A stretch of 46,356 nt of DNA from a virus (lineage: Duplodnaviria > Caudoviricetes): positions 1 to 46,356 of IMG/VR virus record IMGVR_UViG_3300037515_000063; one strand, written 5' to 3'. The notes beneath the pieces are model-generated. The model did no database searches and was not told the origin of the DNA. It worked only from the letters and a program-made list of their open reading frames with translations. The position numbers and the translations under genes are program-made. The first letter of the stretch is position 1, and the number at the start of each line of letters is the position of its first letter. This document shows, one piece after another, positions 27,600-36,360 of the stretch.

Positions 27600-28247
27600 C
27601 TAGGCGGCCTTCTTGGCGCGGGATGCTTTGGGGGCGGCTGGCGTCTCAGCGGGCACAGCCAGCGCGGCTACGCGGCTCATAAACTGCAACTGCTCTGCGA
27701 CGGACAACAGGACGTACGCGGCCAGCGCCTTGTCGACAGGGGACTGTGCTGGAGCCTTGCGCTTGGCCACGGCGGCCTTGCGCGTGCTGCTACTACGGGT
27801 TTGCGTCTTGCCATTCGCGGCCTTGACAGCCGCTGGCTTGACTGGGGCGGTCTTGGCCTTGCGGGCAACGGCAGACTTAGACACGCCAGCCGCCTTGGCG
27901 ATGGTACGTACGCTTTTGCCCGCAGCGACAGCTTCGTGCACGTATGCAGTCAGTTCGTCGTCCGACAACTGGCGGCGACAGGCGTTGAGGGACACAGCCA
28001 GCGCGGCGGGATCTTTGACGCTGGTCTCTTCGAAGGGGACATGCTTGACCGGAATATTGAGGTCTTGCGCGATTTCCAGCCGGTGGTGCCCATCTACAAC
28101 GATACCCGCGCTGGTGATGATGATAGGCGTCTGAACACCATGCTTATCAATGTCCGCCTTAAGACGCTCATACTCTGCATCGGTGAGCGGGCGGACTGCG
28201 GTGTCATACGTGTCTGTCTTCAGTTGCGCATATTTCGTGACGTTCAT
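27600..28247 (-). CDS. ParB N-terminal-domain protein with HTH and Ala/Lys-rich tail
   Basis: LKADIDKHGVQTPI...VDGHHRL...SLNACRRQL, then HTH KSVRTIAKAAGVSKSAVAR. AAGGAA RBS before ATG 28247. Confidence 0.85.
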   Translation of the reverse strand: MNVTKYAQLKTDTYDTAVRPLTDAEYERLKADIDKHGVQTPIIITSAGIVVDGHHRLEIAQDLNIPVKHVPFEETSVKDPAALAVSLNACRRQLSDDELTAYVHEAVAAGKSVRTIAKAAGVSKSAVARKAKTAPVKPAAVKAANGKTQTRSSSTRKAAVAKRKAPAQSPVDKALAAYVLLSVAEQLQFMSRVAALAVPAETPAAPKASRAKKAA

Positions 28248-28410
28248 AATCGCATTCCTTCGTTCACAGACCCCGCGCGGGATGCGCAAGGTGGCGTCGA
28301 GTGCCGGGGCTAGCGGACGCAGTCGCGTTGCTTCTAGCACTCGGAGGGTTAGGGGCGCTTGGCGGGACGCAAGGCCCAAATCACCATTAGGATAATAAGC
28401 CATAGACGAA

Positions 28411-28440
28411 CTAATACCATAAGACATCTGGTCATGTCAA
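28411..28440 (-). promoter_or_regulatory. Sigma70-type early promoter
   Basis: TTGACA-N17/18-(TG)gTATTAG upstream of the ParB-like gene. Confidence 0.6.
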
Positions 28441-28444
28441 CCTC

Positions 28445-28645
28445 TCAATGCATCGTATGCACACAAGAGCCCGCGCAGTACCCCGCCACTACGGACAAAA
28501 AGGCTTTTATGCCGTCCGCCATAGTATGATACTGCACGCGCGTTATGGTCGCATCGGGTAGGAGCGTTGAGACGGTAAAGCCAGCCTCTTCCTGTATGAG
28601 CGACACTGTGGCTTTCAGACACGTGAATGTTCCGATGTTTTCCAT
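28445..28645 (-). CDS. Early hypothetical protein
   Basis: 66 aa with a GGGAGA RBS. Confidence 0.6.
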   Translation of the reverse strand: MENIGTFTCLKATVSLIQEEAGFTVSTLLPDATITRVQYHTMADGIKAFLSVVAGYCAGSCVHTMH

Positions 28646-28646
28646 A

Positions 28647-28976
28647 TCAATAGTCTCCCTTGAGGTGGGCTGCGGTAGCCGGGTACTCCCCTGGCCATCT
28701 GCCGCGCCGGATTGCGTGTTCGAGGTCTGGAGCCCATGGTGCCGCCTTGGAGCGCAAGCTGCGGATGCTGGCGTCTACAGCCAGACCCATGTGTCCGGTC
28801 ATCACGAAGCCGTAGGCAATCATCGCTTGGTCAGGGTCCAAGGCGTACCAATCTGCCTTGACGCGTCTGGTAGTCCCCTTGCACGTGACCTCAACGTGAC
28901 CTGGATAACAGCCCCGGTCTGCGTCGTATGCGGCGGTATGCGCAAAGGTGGTACGGTTGATGATAGGCATGATCAC
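28647..28976 (-). CDS. Early hypothetical protein
   Basis: 109 aa, coupled to both neighbours. Confidence 0.65.
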   Translation of the reverse strand: MIMPIINRTTFAHTAAYDADRGCYPGHVEVTCKGTTRRVKADWYALDPDQAMIAYGFVMTGHMGLAVDASIRSLRSKAAPWAPDLEHAIRRGRWPGEYPATAAHLKGDY

Positions 28977-29158
28977 ACCTGCTCATGAGCATACACCCAC
29001 GCTTCTGCGACTGCGGTGGCGTCTGCTAGGTCAAGCCCTACGTACTCAGGGCCGCGAGCCCTGCCCATGATGAACCGGTCTGTCATGAACAGCTGGCTGT
29101 GGCTGTCAGCGGTGACGCGGGCTGCGTAGTCGTCTTGTTCAATGTGTAGGACTAACAT
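28973..29158 (-). CDS. Early hypothetical protein
   Basis: 61 aa with an AGGAGA RBS. Confidence 0.65.
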   Translation of the reverse strand: MLVLHIEQDDYAARVTADSHSQLFMTDRFIMGRARGPEYVGLDLADATAVAEAWVYAHEQV

Positions 29159-29185
29159 GGTGGTCTCCTGTTGCTTAGGTGGTCG

Positions 29186-29362
29186 TTAGAAATAGCAAGA
29201 CTGTAGCCAGCGCTCGTAAAATCGCTGCGAACACGGTAGCAGGCTGTCCCACGCCTTGCGTGGTGTCCCGTCAGTGTGCGTGGGGTTCCGGCGGGCATAG
29301 CTGTCATACCAAGCTTGTCCGAGGCTGCGCAGAGGGCGATTGAGGTAAGGGCTACAGGTCAT
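29186..29362 (-). CDS. First early hypothetical protein (58 aa)
   Basis: GGAGA RBS, MTCSPYLNRPLRSL...; just downstream of a TTGACA promoter. Confidence 0.55.
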   Translation of the reverse strand: MTCSPYLNRPLRSLGQAWYDSYARRNPTHTDGTPRKAWDSLLPCSQRFYERWLQSCYF

Positions 29363-29396
29363 TGGTCTATCTCCGTGGTGTGTGAGTATGCTGCAG

Positions 29397-29425
29397 GCAT
29401 ATCATGAGACAATCCGGGCTGTCAA
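29397..29425 (-). promoter_or_regulatory. Sigma70-type first early promoter
   Basis: TTGACA at 29425-29420 followed after about 17 nt by (TG)ATATGC. Confidence 0.6.
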
Positions 29426-29455
29426 GCGTCTATATCCAGTCACTGACGTTCCTTG

Positions 29456-29478
29456 TATACCCAAACCGACCCTATGGG
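29456..29478 (+). promoter_or_regulatory. Putative phage-RNAP promoter in antisense orientation
   Basis: tatacccaaaccgaccctatggg, matching the 18306 and 31337 motifs. Confidence 0.65.
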
Positions 29479-29479
29479 A

Positions 29480-29655
29480 TGGAGTCCTAGGAGTCTTAAG
29501 AGTCTTAAGAGTAGCTTAGGGTCTTAGGAGTCTTAGGATAGACCTAGGACACTATACTACAACCTTACTAAACCTTACTACTCTTAGGTTACTCCTAAGC
29601 TTCCTAGGTGTCTTAGGTGTCTTAGGTGTCTTAGGTGTCTTAGGTGTCTTAGGTG
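29480..29655 (+). repeat. CTTAG/CCTAG short-repeat array including 5 x TCTTAGGTG (29611-29655)
   Basis: Directly visible; analogous to the short-repeat arrays near T7 termini. Confidence 0.9.
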
Positions 29656-29735
29656 TAGCTATGGCAGTGTCCCACAACGAGACACCCCCCTGAGACAGCT
29701 TGTAGGGAGGGCTGGTGTTGTCGTGTCATGAGGCA

Positions 29736-29764
29736 TTGACCGGAAAAAATAGGGCGAGTATGCC
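29736..29764 (+). promoter_or_regulatory. Possible sigma70-type promoter on the + strand
   Basis: TTGACC-N17-TATGCC. Confidence 0.4.
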
Positions 29765-29850
29765 CTTGTGGTCGTGGGAAGCCTAGGAGATCCGAGGCCG
29801 CTTAGGTGTTAGCTGGGGATACCTCCGTGTCTTAGGCTGCGCGTGGCTGT

Positions 29851-29930
29851 CCAAGGCTGTCCAAGGCTGTCCAAGGCCGTCCAAGGCTGTCCAAGGCCGT
29901 CCAAGGCCGTCCAAGGCCGTCCAAGGCTGT
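29851..29930 (+). repeat. Tandem repeat 8 x CCAAGGCYGT
   Basis: Directly visible; further copies at about 29973-29992. Confidence 0.95.
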
Positions 29931-30495
29931 GCGTGGTGGGGCTAGAGCGCCCCCTTGCGCCTCCCAGTACCCCCAAGGCCGTCCAAGGCTGTCCTACACC
30001 TCCGCCTGGCTGTCTTATGTCTGTCCGTGGTCTCTCCTGTCCCCTGCAGAGTCGGCTACGCCTCCTCATATGCCTCTGTACGTCCCTGCGGCGTCCCGTG
30101 GTGAGCATCTCAGGTGTCTCAGGTACCCATAGGCCTGCTGGGCGCCTTGGGCACTCACGGCTGCTCCTACAGGGAATAGCTGACCGCCCGGTCAACGATT
30201 GATTTGTGGGTGTGTGTGACTACGCGGGTGCGCGCCCCTGTGCGCGGAGGGGGCCTAGGGGGGTGTGGCTGCCTTGGGCCACTCGAAAACAGCCCTTGTG
30301 TATCTGAGCCGATACCCCCCACCTCGCGCCTCCTATGCGCAACCACGGCATCCTATGCGCCATTAATCAGTCCGGAGACTCCCTCGTGTCCTATTCACGA
30401 TACAGCCATTGGTCAAATGTAGTCCCAAGCCAACACAGCACTCCTCGCTATCTGTGGTGTGTCCTGACTACACCTGGGACTACTTCAGATAGCTT

Positions 30496-30612
30496 ATGCC
30501 TCCAGGAGCTCCTAGGAGCGCCGCTGGTGCGGATCAGGGTCTTCCAGGTAGGTCGATGACCAGACAAGGCGACTTGCTAATCCTGGCTGCTCCTAGGAGC
30601 TCCTGGAGGCAT
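30496..30612. repeat. ~117-bp element with perfect 24-bp terminal inverted repeats; diverged inverted copy at 31452-31557
   Basis: atgcctccaggagctcctaggagc at 30496-30519 and its reverse complement at 30589-30612. Confidence 0.85.
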
Positions 30613-30634
30613 CTGGTGGGGGTTGGTAGGTGCG

Positions 30635-31186
30635 TTACAACTTCGCAGCCTCAATGGCCCTTTGGGACGCGACCACGACCCACTGGATAGCTGAGGCTGT
30701 CTCGGGTCCCCCGTTCCACTCCAGGCCCTGACCTGTGATGGCTTCCTGGAAGGTGTTGGTGATCCACTCGGACACATAAGCCCGCTTGGCTTCGTCACGA
30801 CCCAGGTCAGACGGTAGCTCCAACGAGGCTCCCATGAACGGGTGTTGTCGTGTCCCGTACAGGATCGCGGGCTTGCCATGGCTGGTGCAGATGCGCAAGG
30901 AGCATTTGTTGGGGAGGTCTACTACCGCGACACTGTTGGGAATGACATGACCTCCCAGGACAGCCTTGGAGGCTGGGGCGTTGCGTGACACCCCTATGGT
31001 CAGGTACAGATCTGTCTGGGCTTTGCTCCACAGCTCATGAGTGGCGATCACTTCATCGTCTGCGCCGAGACGCTTCTCGTCCTCTTCAGACAACAGCTGC
31101 CCAAAGTAGCGCGACCGGGGGTCCCCAACCCCCGCCCTAATATCCCTCCCAAGAGCTGTCTCCAGATCGAATGTCTTCTTTGTCAT
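30635..31186 (-). CDS. Hypothetical protein in the terminal region
   Basis: 183 aa with a GAGAGGGA RBS, downstream of the 31337 promoter. Confidence 0.7.
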   Translation of the reverse strand: MTKKTFDLETALGRDIRAGVGDPRSRYFGQLLSEEDEKRLGADDEVIATHELWSKAQTDLYLTIGVSRNAPASKAVLGGHVIPNSVAVVDLPNKCSLRICTSHGKPAILYGTRQHPFMGASLELPSDLGRDEAKRAYVSEWITNTFQEAITGQGLEWNGGPETASAIQWVVVASQRAIEAAKL

Positions 31187-31199
31187 GACGTGTCCCTCT

Positions 31200-31330
31200 C
31201 TTAGGTCTATCCTAGGAGTAACCTAGGTTTAGTATGGTTGTAGTGTAGTTGTAGTGTAGTTGTAGTATAGTGTCCTAAGACACCTAGGAACCTAGGTTAC
31301 TCTTAAGACTCCTAAGTCTCCTAAGTCTCC
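31200..31330 (-). repeat. CTTAG/CCTAG array, inverted relative of 29480-29600
   Basis: Shares ggagtcttaagagt, taggacactatactacaac and taggttactccta blocks. Confidence 0.85.
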
Positions 31331-31336
31331 CCCTTA

Positions 31337-31359
31337 CCCATAGGGGCAGTTTGGGTGTA
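31337..31359 (-). promoter_or_regulatory. Putative phage-RNAP promoter (phiOR-like position)
   Basis: tacacccaaactgcccctatggg. Confidence 0.7.
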
Positions 31360-31644
31360 TGGCCCGGTTCCGTCTGCGGAAAGTATCAGTTTGTGATACC
31401 TTACGCAACCGGTTCTGACCAGGTCTCCTGGGGTCTGCCCTCGGCCCCTGAATGCCTCCAGGAGCTCCTGCGGTGCGTCAGGAGTAGCAAGTCGGCCTTC
31501 TCGGGCACCACCCTAGCCAAGATACCGAGATGCGCACCAGTGGCGCTCCTAGGAGCATCGCGACTACGTTCGCTAGAAGCAACGCGACTACGTCCGCTAG
31601 GGGAATAAGCTGACCGGGCGGTCAACGAATGGAGTTTACGCCTG

Positions 31645-31929
31645 TTAGGAGACCGCGACCGTCTTCATCTTCTTGACGACGGTGTCGATGATCTGCGCGA
31701 GACCAGCGGGACGCCAGTCGAACTCATTCCACGCGATGGCAGCCAGACCCCGTAGCAGACCGGACATCTCCACGGGGTCCATGGACAGCACAGGAGCCGC
31801 AGGGACCCCGGCGTCCAGCGGGGTCACGGTGATGGTGATCTGGACAGGACGCCGCATCTGGTCAGTGGCGTGGACGTTCAGGTATGCCTTGTTGTCGATG
31901 GTGCTTACGGTAGACGAATGAAACTTCAT
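31645..31929 (-). CDS. Hypothetical protein
   Basis: 94 aa with a GAGGGG RBS. Confidence 0.65.
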   Translation of the reverse strand: MKFHSSTVSTIDNKAYLNVHATDQMRRPVQITITVTPLDAGVPAAPVLSMDPVEMSGLLRGLAAIAWNEFDWRPAGLAQIIDTVVKKMKTVAVS

Positions 31930-32068
31930 GATGCCCCTCGGTTAGGTGTACGTGTGGGTGTACGTGCTGTACGTGTCAGCTTGGTTAGCTGGATCGTCCC
32001 TGTACGTGTGCGTGGTTGGACGGCCTCGGCTACCCTGGTGCGTCTCCGGTCTGCCTTGGTCTGTAGGG

Positions 32069-34240
32069 CTACACGACTTGTTCCTCGCGCAGCTCTTTCA
32101 GCCGTACTTTTAGCGGACCTAGCTTGTTTCTCAGTTCCCATAGGATACGAGCGTCTCCTCTTCCGTTGATGTCTGCGACAACCCCTCGGACTTCCATGTC
32201 CTTGATGCTGTCTTCCCAGAGGTCGATACGTGTCTGCATCTGGATCTCCACCTCGCTGTCGGTAGCGATCTGGTCAGCAAAGCTGGCGTGGGTTTCCCCG
32301 GGGAGCTTGGCGTATGGCCGCCCTACCTGCACACTCGAGGCCTCTTTGAGGCCACCTTGGCGCAAGGGGATCTCGGCCAGAGAGCTTAGGCGTGACGCGT
32401 AGACGGCAGCAATGTTGTCTGCGACGTCCCCGATTAGCTGTCCCTTGACGGAGGCTACTCCATGTGCCAAGGCGTCCACCAGGTCATCCGCCGTGCGGCT
32501 GTTGGCGGAGGAGCGATCCCACGCAATCTGAACCATCTGGTTGATGAACTCAGCGCAGTGGTCCGTACTGATGACGTCATGACAGATCAGGAGGCGCGAG
32601 GTTGACATGACCGGGGCCAGTGTCTCGATGATGCGCCGCCCCTTCTGGACGCCGCCTGTCGTGACCTGTGTCACCCCCTGCGGGTATCCAATCAGATTGA
32701 GCATCCCCTCCAGGGTACTACCGAAGAACCCGTCCGCCAGCTCCTCCACGATCACCCGGGAGCACCGGAAGGTCTTGATGGCTTGGGCTACCCTGGAGAC
32801 CGAGTCGGCCTTAGACGGCCCTCGTACAGCTTCTAGGTGGCGGATAACCGCGTAGCCCGACACTGTGACACTGAGGATAACCAGACCGATGGCGTCTCGG
32901 CCAGCCAGGCCCGACGCTGGGTCAATAGCTGCCACAGTCTGTCCATAGGCTGCGTAGTCCTTCCCCCCCTGTATGACAGACCACTGGTCGCCTCGAGGCG
33001 CGCCCCAGGTGGACCACGTCTCAGAGGCGGGGTCGTTGATCAGGTGGAAGCGTAGCGGGGCGGTAGCTGACATGGGGTCCAGCATGAGAACCGGGAGGTC
33101 CCTCAGCTTCAGGGGTTTGTCCCTGAGCGCCGTGGGGTCAACCACAAGCATCATGTGCAGCCGCCATGCGCGCTTGGTCAGCGTGTTGCGTAGGTCGTAG
33201 GCGTAGGCGTCACTGAACATCCCCGGCCAGCGGGAGTGCAGCAGCTTGTCGTCCTCCTCAAACATACACGCACGGTGCAGGTCCCAGACCGGGGTGCCGT
33301 CTGCTGTCAGGAGATCCGCGAGGTACGCGTAGACAGAGTGCTCGGACTGGTAGGTGCCCAGCAGGATCTTGCGCCCCTTGGGATTGATCATGTGCAGCTC
33401 GTTAAGAACCTCCACCAGATCCTGCACCTTCTCCGGCGTGTCGTCCTTGGTCCCCTCGACGTCATCCCCGATAGTCAGGTCTGCACGAAGTCCCGGCAGG
33501 TTTGAACCAATGCCGAGAGATGTGAACGTGACGCCGCCTGTGACCACGGTGGCCGACTGGGGCGTCTGGAACTGCTCAGAGTTGTCCAGGCAGGTCTTGG
33601 GGTCTGGCTGTAGGTGCCAGAGGATTGGGCAGTGCTCGATGTAGACCCGGCGCACTGTCCTGAGCATACGTGACGCCAGCTTCTCACCGCGCGATATCAC
33701 CATGATCTTGATTAGCGGGTTCATGAAGATCTGGTACGCGACATAGACGCCAGTCAGCGTGGACTTAGCGGAGAAGCGGGTAGCGATGATCAGTGTGCGC
33801 AGACTGGCCTCGTTGAGAAGGCCATCCAGAATATCCCCGTGGATGGGTCCAGGGTCCTGCCACCCGGCGATCAGGGGCTGGACAATACGCAGGAACATCC
33901 CGAAGCGTAGCTTCTCTGTGGGTTCCGCGCGGACTCTGTTCTGTAAATCAGCGACGATCAGCGCGAGCCGATCAGGATCTTTCTTCATCTGAGCGAGATA
34001 GTACATTTCGTTGATCAGGTCGTCCTCGCTGTCAACGAGGTCTTCGATGACCAAGGGCGCTTCGTTCTTTTCCTTCTGCGCCACGCCCTGACAGACCCGA
34101 CAGACCTTGTGCCAGCCGGTCGGATCTGAGTTGAGCAGGGAGAACGTGGTGATGCTGATTGGTTTGCTCTCACCACACTCTCTACAAGTGCGGGATTTGC
34201 CTTCCCATGAATGCGCCGTTGCCGACATCTTCTTGGCCAT
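32069..34240 (-). CDS. terL: Terminase large subunit with N-terminal Zn-ribbon extension
   Basis: IIATRFSAKST (Walker A-like), GLRADLTIGDDVE (Walker B), LLGTYQ, nuclease AAIDPASG...D and DDLVDAL. Confidence 0.93.
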   Translation of the reverse strand: MAKKMSATAHSWEGKSRTCRECGESKPISITTFSLLNSDPTGWHKVCRVCQGVAQKEKNEAPLVIEDLVDSEDDLINEMYYLAQMKKDPDRLALIVADLQNRVRAEPTEKLRFGMFLRIVQPLIAGWQDPGPIHGDILDGLLNEASLRTLIIATRFSAKSTLTGVYVAYQIFMNPLIKIMVISRGEKLASRMLRTVRRVYIEHCPILWHLQPDPKTCLDNSEQFQTPQSATVVTGGVTFTSLGIGSNLPGLRADLTIGDDVEGTKDDTPEKVQDLVEVLNELHMINPKGRKILLGTYQSEHSVYAYLADLLTADGTPVWDLHRACMFEEDDKLLHSRWPGMFSDAYAYDLRNTLTKRAWRLHMMLVVDPTALRDKPLKLRDLPVLMLDPMSATAPLRFHLINDPASETWSTWGAPRGDQWSVIQGGKDYAAYGQTVAAIDPASGLAGRDAIGLVILSVTVSGYAVIRHLEAVRGPSKADSVSRVAQAIKTFRCSRVIVEELADGFFGSTLEGMLNLIGYPQGVTQVTTGGVQKGRRIIETLAPVMSTSRLLICHDVISTDHCAEFINQMVQIAWDRSSANSRTADDLVDALAHGVASVKGQLIGDVADNIAAVYASRLSSLAEIPLRQGGLKEASSVQVGRPYAKLPGETHASFADQIATDSEVEIQMQTRIDLWEDSIKDMEVRGVVADINGRGDARILWELRNKLGPLKVRLKELREEQVV

Positions 34241-34262
34241 GGGCAGATCCCCTTTCTATTGA

Positions 34263-34622
34263 TTAGTCTGTAAGGACCTTGACGGACTCTTTGACGGTGT
34301 TGCTGTCCTTAGCCACCTCGTTGCCCAGTTGCAGCACGGTCAGCGCTGGCCGCTTGGCCTCGATGTAGGCACTGCAGGCGTCGCCAATCACCATAGCTGC
34401 TTCATAGTCCTGGGAGGCAGCCACCGCAGACTTACACTTCTCGGTGATGGACTCAACGATAGCACGCTCCTCAGCTCTCAGGGCCCGGGCGTATGTGTGG
34501 TTCTCGTCAACGCGGCGCAGCAGGTCGCCCGCCGTTAGGTCTTTGGCCTGTTCAAGAGTACCGCAGCCAGTGAGGAGGCCGAGGGAGAGCAGGGCAGTAC
34601 ATAGAATAGTCATAGTTCGCAT
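34263..34622 (-). CDS. Lipoprotein (possible spanin component)
   Basis: Signal peptide with LLTG-C lipobox. Confidence 0.6.
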   Translation of the reverse strand: MRTMTILCTALLSLGLLTGCGTLEQAKDLTAGDLLRRVDENHTYARALRAEERAIVESITEKCKSAVAASQDYEAAMVIGDACSAYIEAKRPALTVLQLGNEVAKDSNTVKESVKVLTD

Positions 34623-34816
34623 CAGGTGTCCTTTGATTTATTAGAGGCGTCAGCTACCCCCTTTTCCAGGGCGGCGACAATGACGTCGTCGATGTGGGTC
34701 TCGGTCTTCTTGGCGGCGCGCTTGAGGTACGTGATGCCCGCGACGAGCGCCGCAGCGACCACGGCAGACACGACCAAGCCAAGGCTATTGAGTAGCTCGG
34801 TGATAGCACTTTCCAT
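34622..34816 (-). CDS. Small membrane protein, holin-like
   Basis: One TM helix followed by the AKKTETHIDD motif; lies in the lysis-cassette position. Confidence 0.55.
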   Translation of the reverse strand: MESAITELLNSLGLVVSAVVAAALVAGITYLKRAAKKTETHIDDVIVAALEKGVADASNKSKDT

Positions 34817-34825
34817 AGGGGGTCC

Positions 34826-35074
34826 TTATTGGTTCTTGATGAAGGGGAGGTACTCGGAGATGGAGGACCACAGGGTCCCCCCACCAATGCCACACAAGGC
34901 GGCGAGCGTGTACGCCCGGGCGCGGAAGGTCTCCCCAGCTTTCAGGCGTGCATCGGTGAGCCGCTGGTGCTCTTTGAAGTCCTCAATCAGCTCGTCCTGT
35001 CGCTCCTTGATCGCTTTGGTACGCTCGTCTACCCGGGCCATGGTGGCGCAGAGGGTGGCTAGGTCATTTATCAC
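34826..35074 (-). CDS. Coiled-coil plus C-terminal TM protein (holin/antiholin-like)
   Basis: MARVDERTKAI coiled coil, then a hydrophobic segment. Confidence 0.55.
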   Translation of the reverse strand: MINDLATLCATMARVDERTKAIKERQDELIEDFKEHQRLTDARLKAGETFRARAYTLAALCGIGGGTLWSSISEYLPFIKNQ

Positions 35075-36357
35075 CTGTACCTCACTCGGGCCTCGCCCGC
35101 GTCCAGCGCGCCGGTATTGACCAGGATCTGGATATCAGCCAAGGCACCAGAGAGCGTGACGAACCCGCAGGTCCTGAAGGTGGAGGCCCCAGCTTGGTGG
35201 ACGGTCGTACCTTCCCACAGCCATAGGTGCTCCGTCGTGTCCCAGCGTGTCAGCGTAAGAACGCCGGTGTAGTTGTCGGCGATACTGTCGTTGGCGGGCC
35301 GGACGATAAAAATACCGTCCCCGGCGTTGTCCTCGCCGACCGCAGTGCCCGCTAGGACGGAAGTTTGCCCCACATACCCCGTGGTCTCTACCCCCCCCGA
35401 TGGGCCTATCCGAATATAGGGAGGGTTGGCCTCCACGGTGGCGCTGACACCGGATATCAGAACCTGTACTTCAGTGGCAGACGCTAGACCCGCCAGGTCA
35501 TCCGCCAGCATCACAGATGCCCCAGAGGTCGTAGCGGTCTGCGCGGTATAGGTCCAGCCACCCAGGAAGTTTGCATCCATGTAGGCCTTGGTGGACTGCT
35601 GTGAGGCGACACCAGTGGCACTGTCCGAGGTGAAGTCATCTTCATCCAGGAAGTCCAGTAGGGAGGCCGTTCCCGACCCGGTGAAGTAAGGGACCTTGTT
35701 AGCGGCAGAGGTCAGCCCAGCCAGCGCAGCCAACTCAGCGTCGTAGGCCTGTACATCCGTTCCCACAGTTAGCGCTAGGTCCACAAGCACTGCGGCCTTC
35801 TCGCCTGCCGACAGGTTATCCGTCACCTCGTCCAGCGACGCCTGCACCCACTGGCCTGCGTCTGCGCGCAGGAGGTCGTTGTCTGTGCCGGGGGCAGTGA
35901 TGCCAGACCCCAGCTCTGCAAGGTCCACGTAGGCCTTTGTGGCGGCATCAGCTGCCGCTGTTGGTGTGCCGACGTCCTTGATCCGCGTTCCTTCAGCGTC
36001 CCAGATCTCGTCTGAGTCCTTGCCAATCCGCAAGGTGGCGGCGTCAATAGCCTCCTGCGCCATATAGAACGCCTGGTCCTTGGCCAGATCCAGGTCACTT
36101 TCCGTCAGTGTTCCAACGGTGAAGTCCACCAGGGTTACAGTTTGGGACGTGGCCCGCTCCAGAACGATGGTGTCGTCCAGCGTTGCTCCAGTGACCAGCC
36201 GAACCGTGGTGGCGTTGGGGAACGTATACTCCGTGGTGATCGTCAGCAGTGTCCCGTTTTGGTACACCTTGATGTCGTCCGTGTTCCGGTAGTCGTAGGA
36301 CACTGTGAAGTCAGTTTGGCTTCCGGTTGCAGTGTAGACGTCGCGTGCGAAAGCCAT
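35071..36357 (-). CDS. Tail fibre (T7 gp17-like N-terminal adaptor)
   Basis: TGSQTDFTVSYDY...IKVYQNG...LTESDLD...QAFYMAQEA, and DVQAYDAELAALAGLTSAANKVPYFTG. Confidence 0.92.
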   Translation of the reverse strand: MAFARDVYTATGSQTDFTVSYDYRNTDDIKVYQNGTLLTITTEYTFPNATTVRLVTGATLDDTIVLERATSQTVTLVDFTVGTLTESDLDLAKDQAFYMAQEAIDAATLRIGKDSDEIWDAEGTRIKDVGTPTAAADAATKAYVDLAELGSGITAPGTDNDLLRADAGQWVQASLDEVTDNLSAGEKAAVLVDLALTVGTDVQAYDAELAALAGLTSAANKVPYFTGSGTASLLDFLDEDDFTSDSATGVASQQSTKAYMDANFLGGWTYTAQTATTSGASVMLADDLAGLASATEVQVLISGVSATVEANPPYIRIGPSGGVETTGYVGQTSVLAGTAVGEDNAGDGIFIVRPANDSIADNYTGVLTLTRWDTTEHLWLWEGTTVHQAGASTFRTCGFVTLSGALADIQILVNTGALDAGEARVRYR

Positions 36358-36360
36358 TAC

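Noticed and set aside
29809-30202. Repeat-rich ORFs on both strands (GQPWTALD / KAVQGCP repeats)
   Set aside because: These are by-products of the 10-bp tandem array and have no convincing RBS.
31926-32141. 71-aa R/T-rich ORF after TerL
   Set aside because: Low complexity, driven by TGTACGTG repeats, and overlaps TerL. Possible but unsupported.
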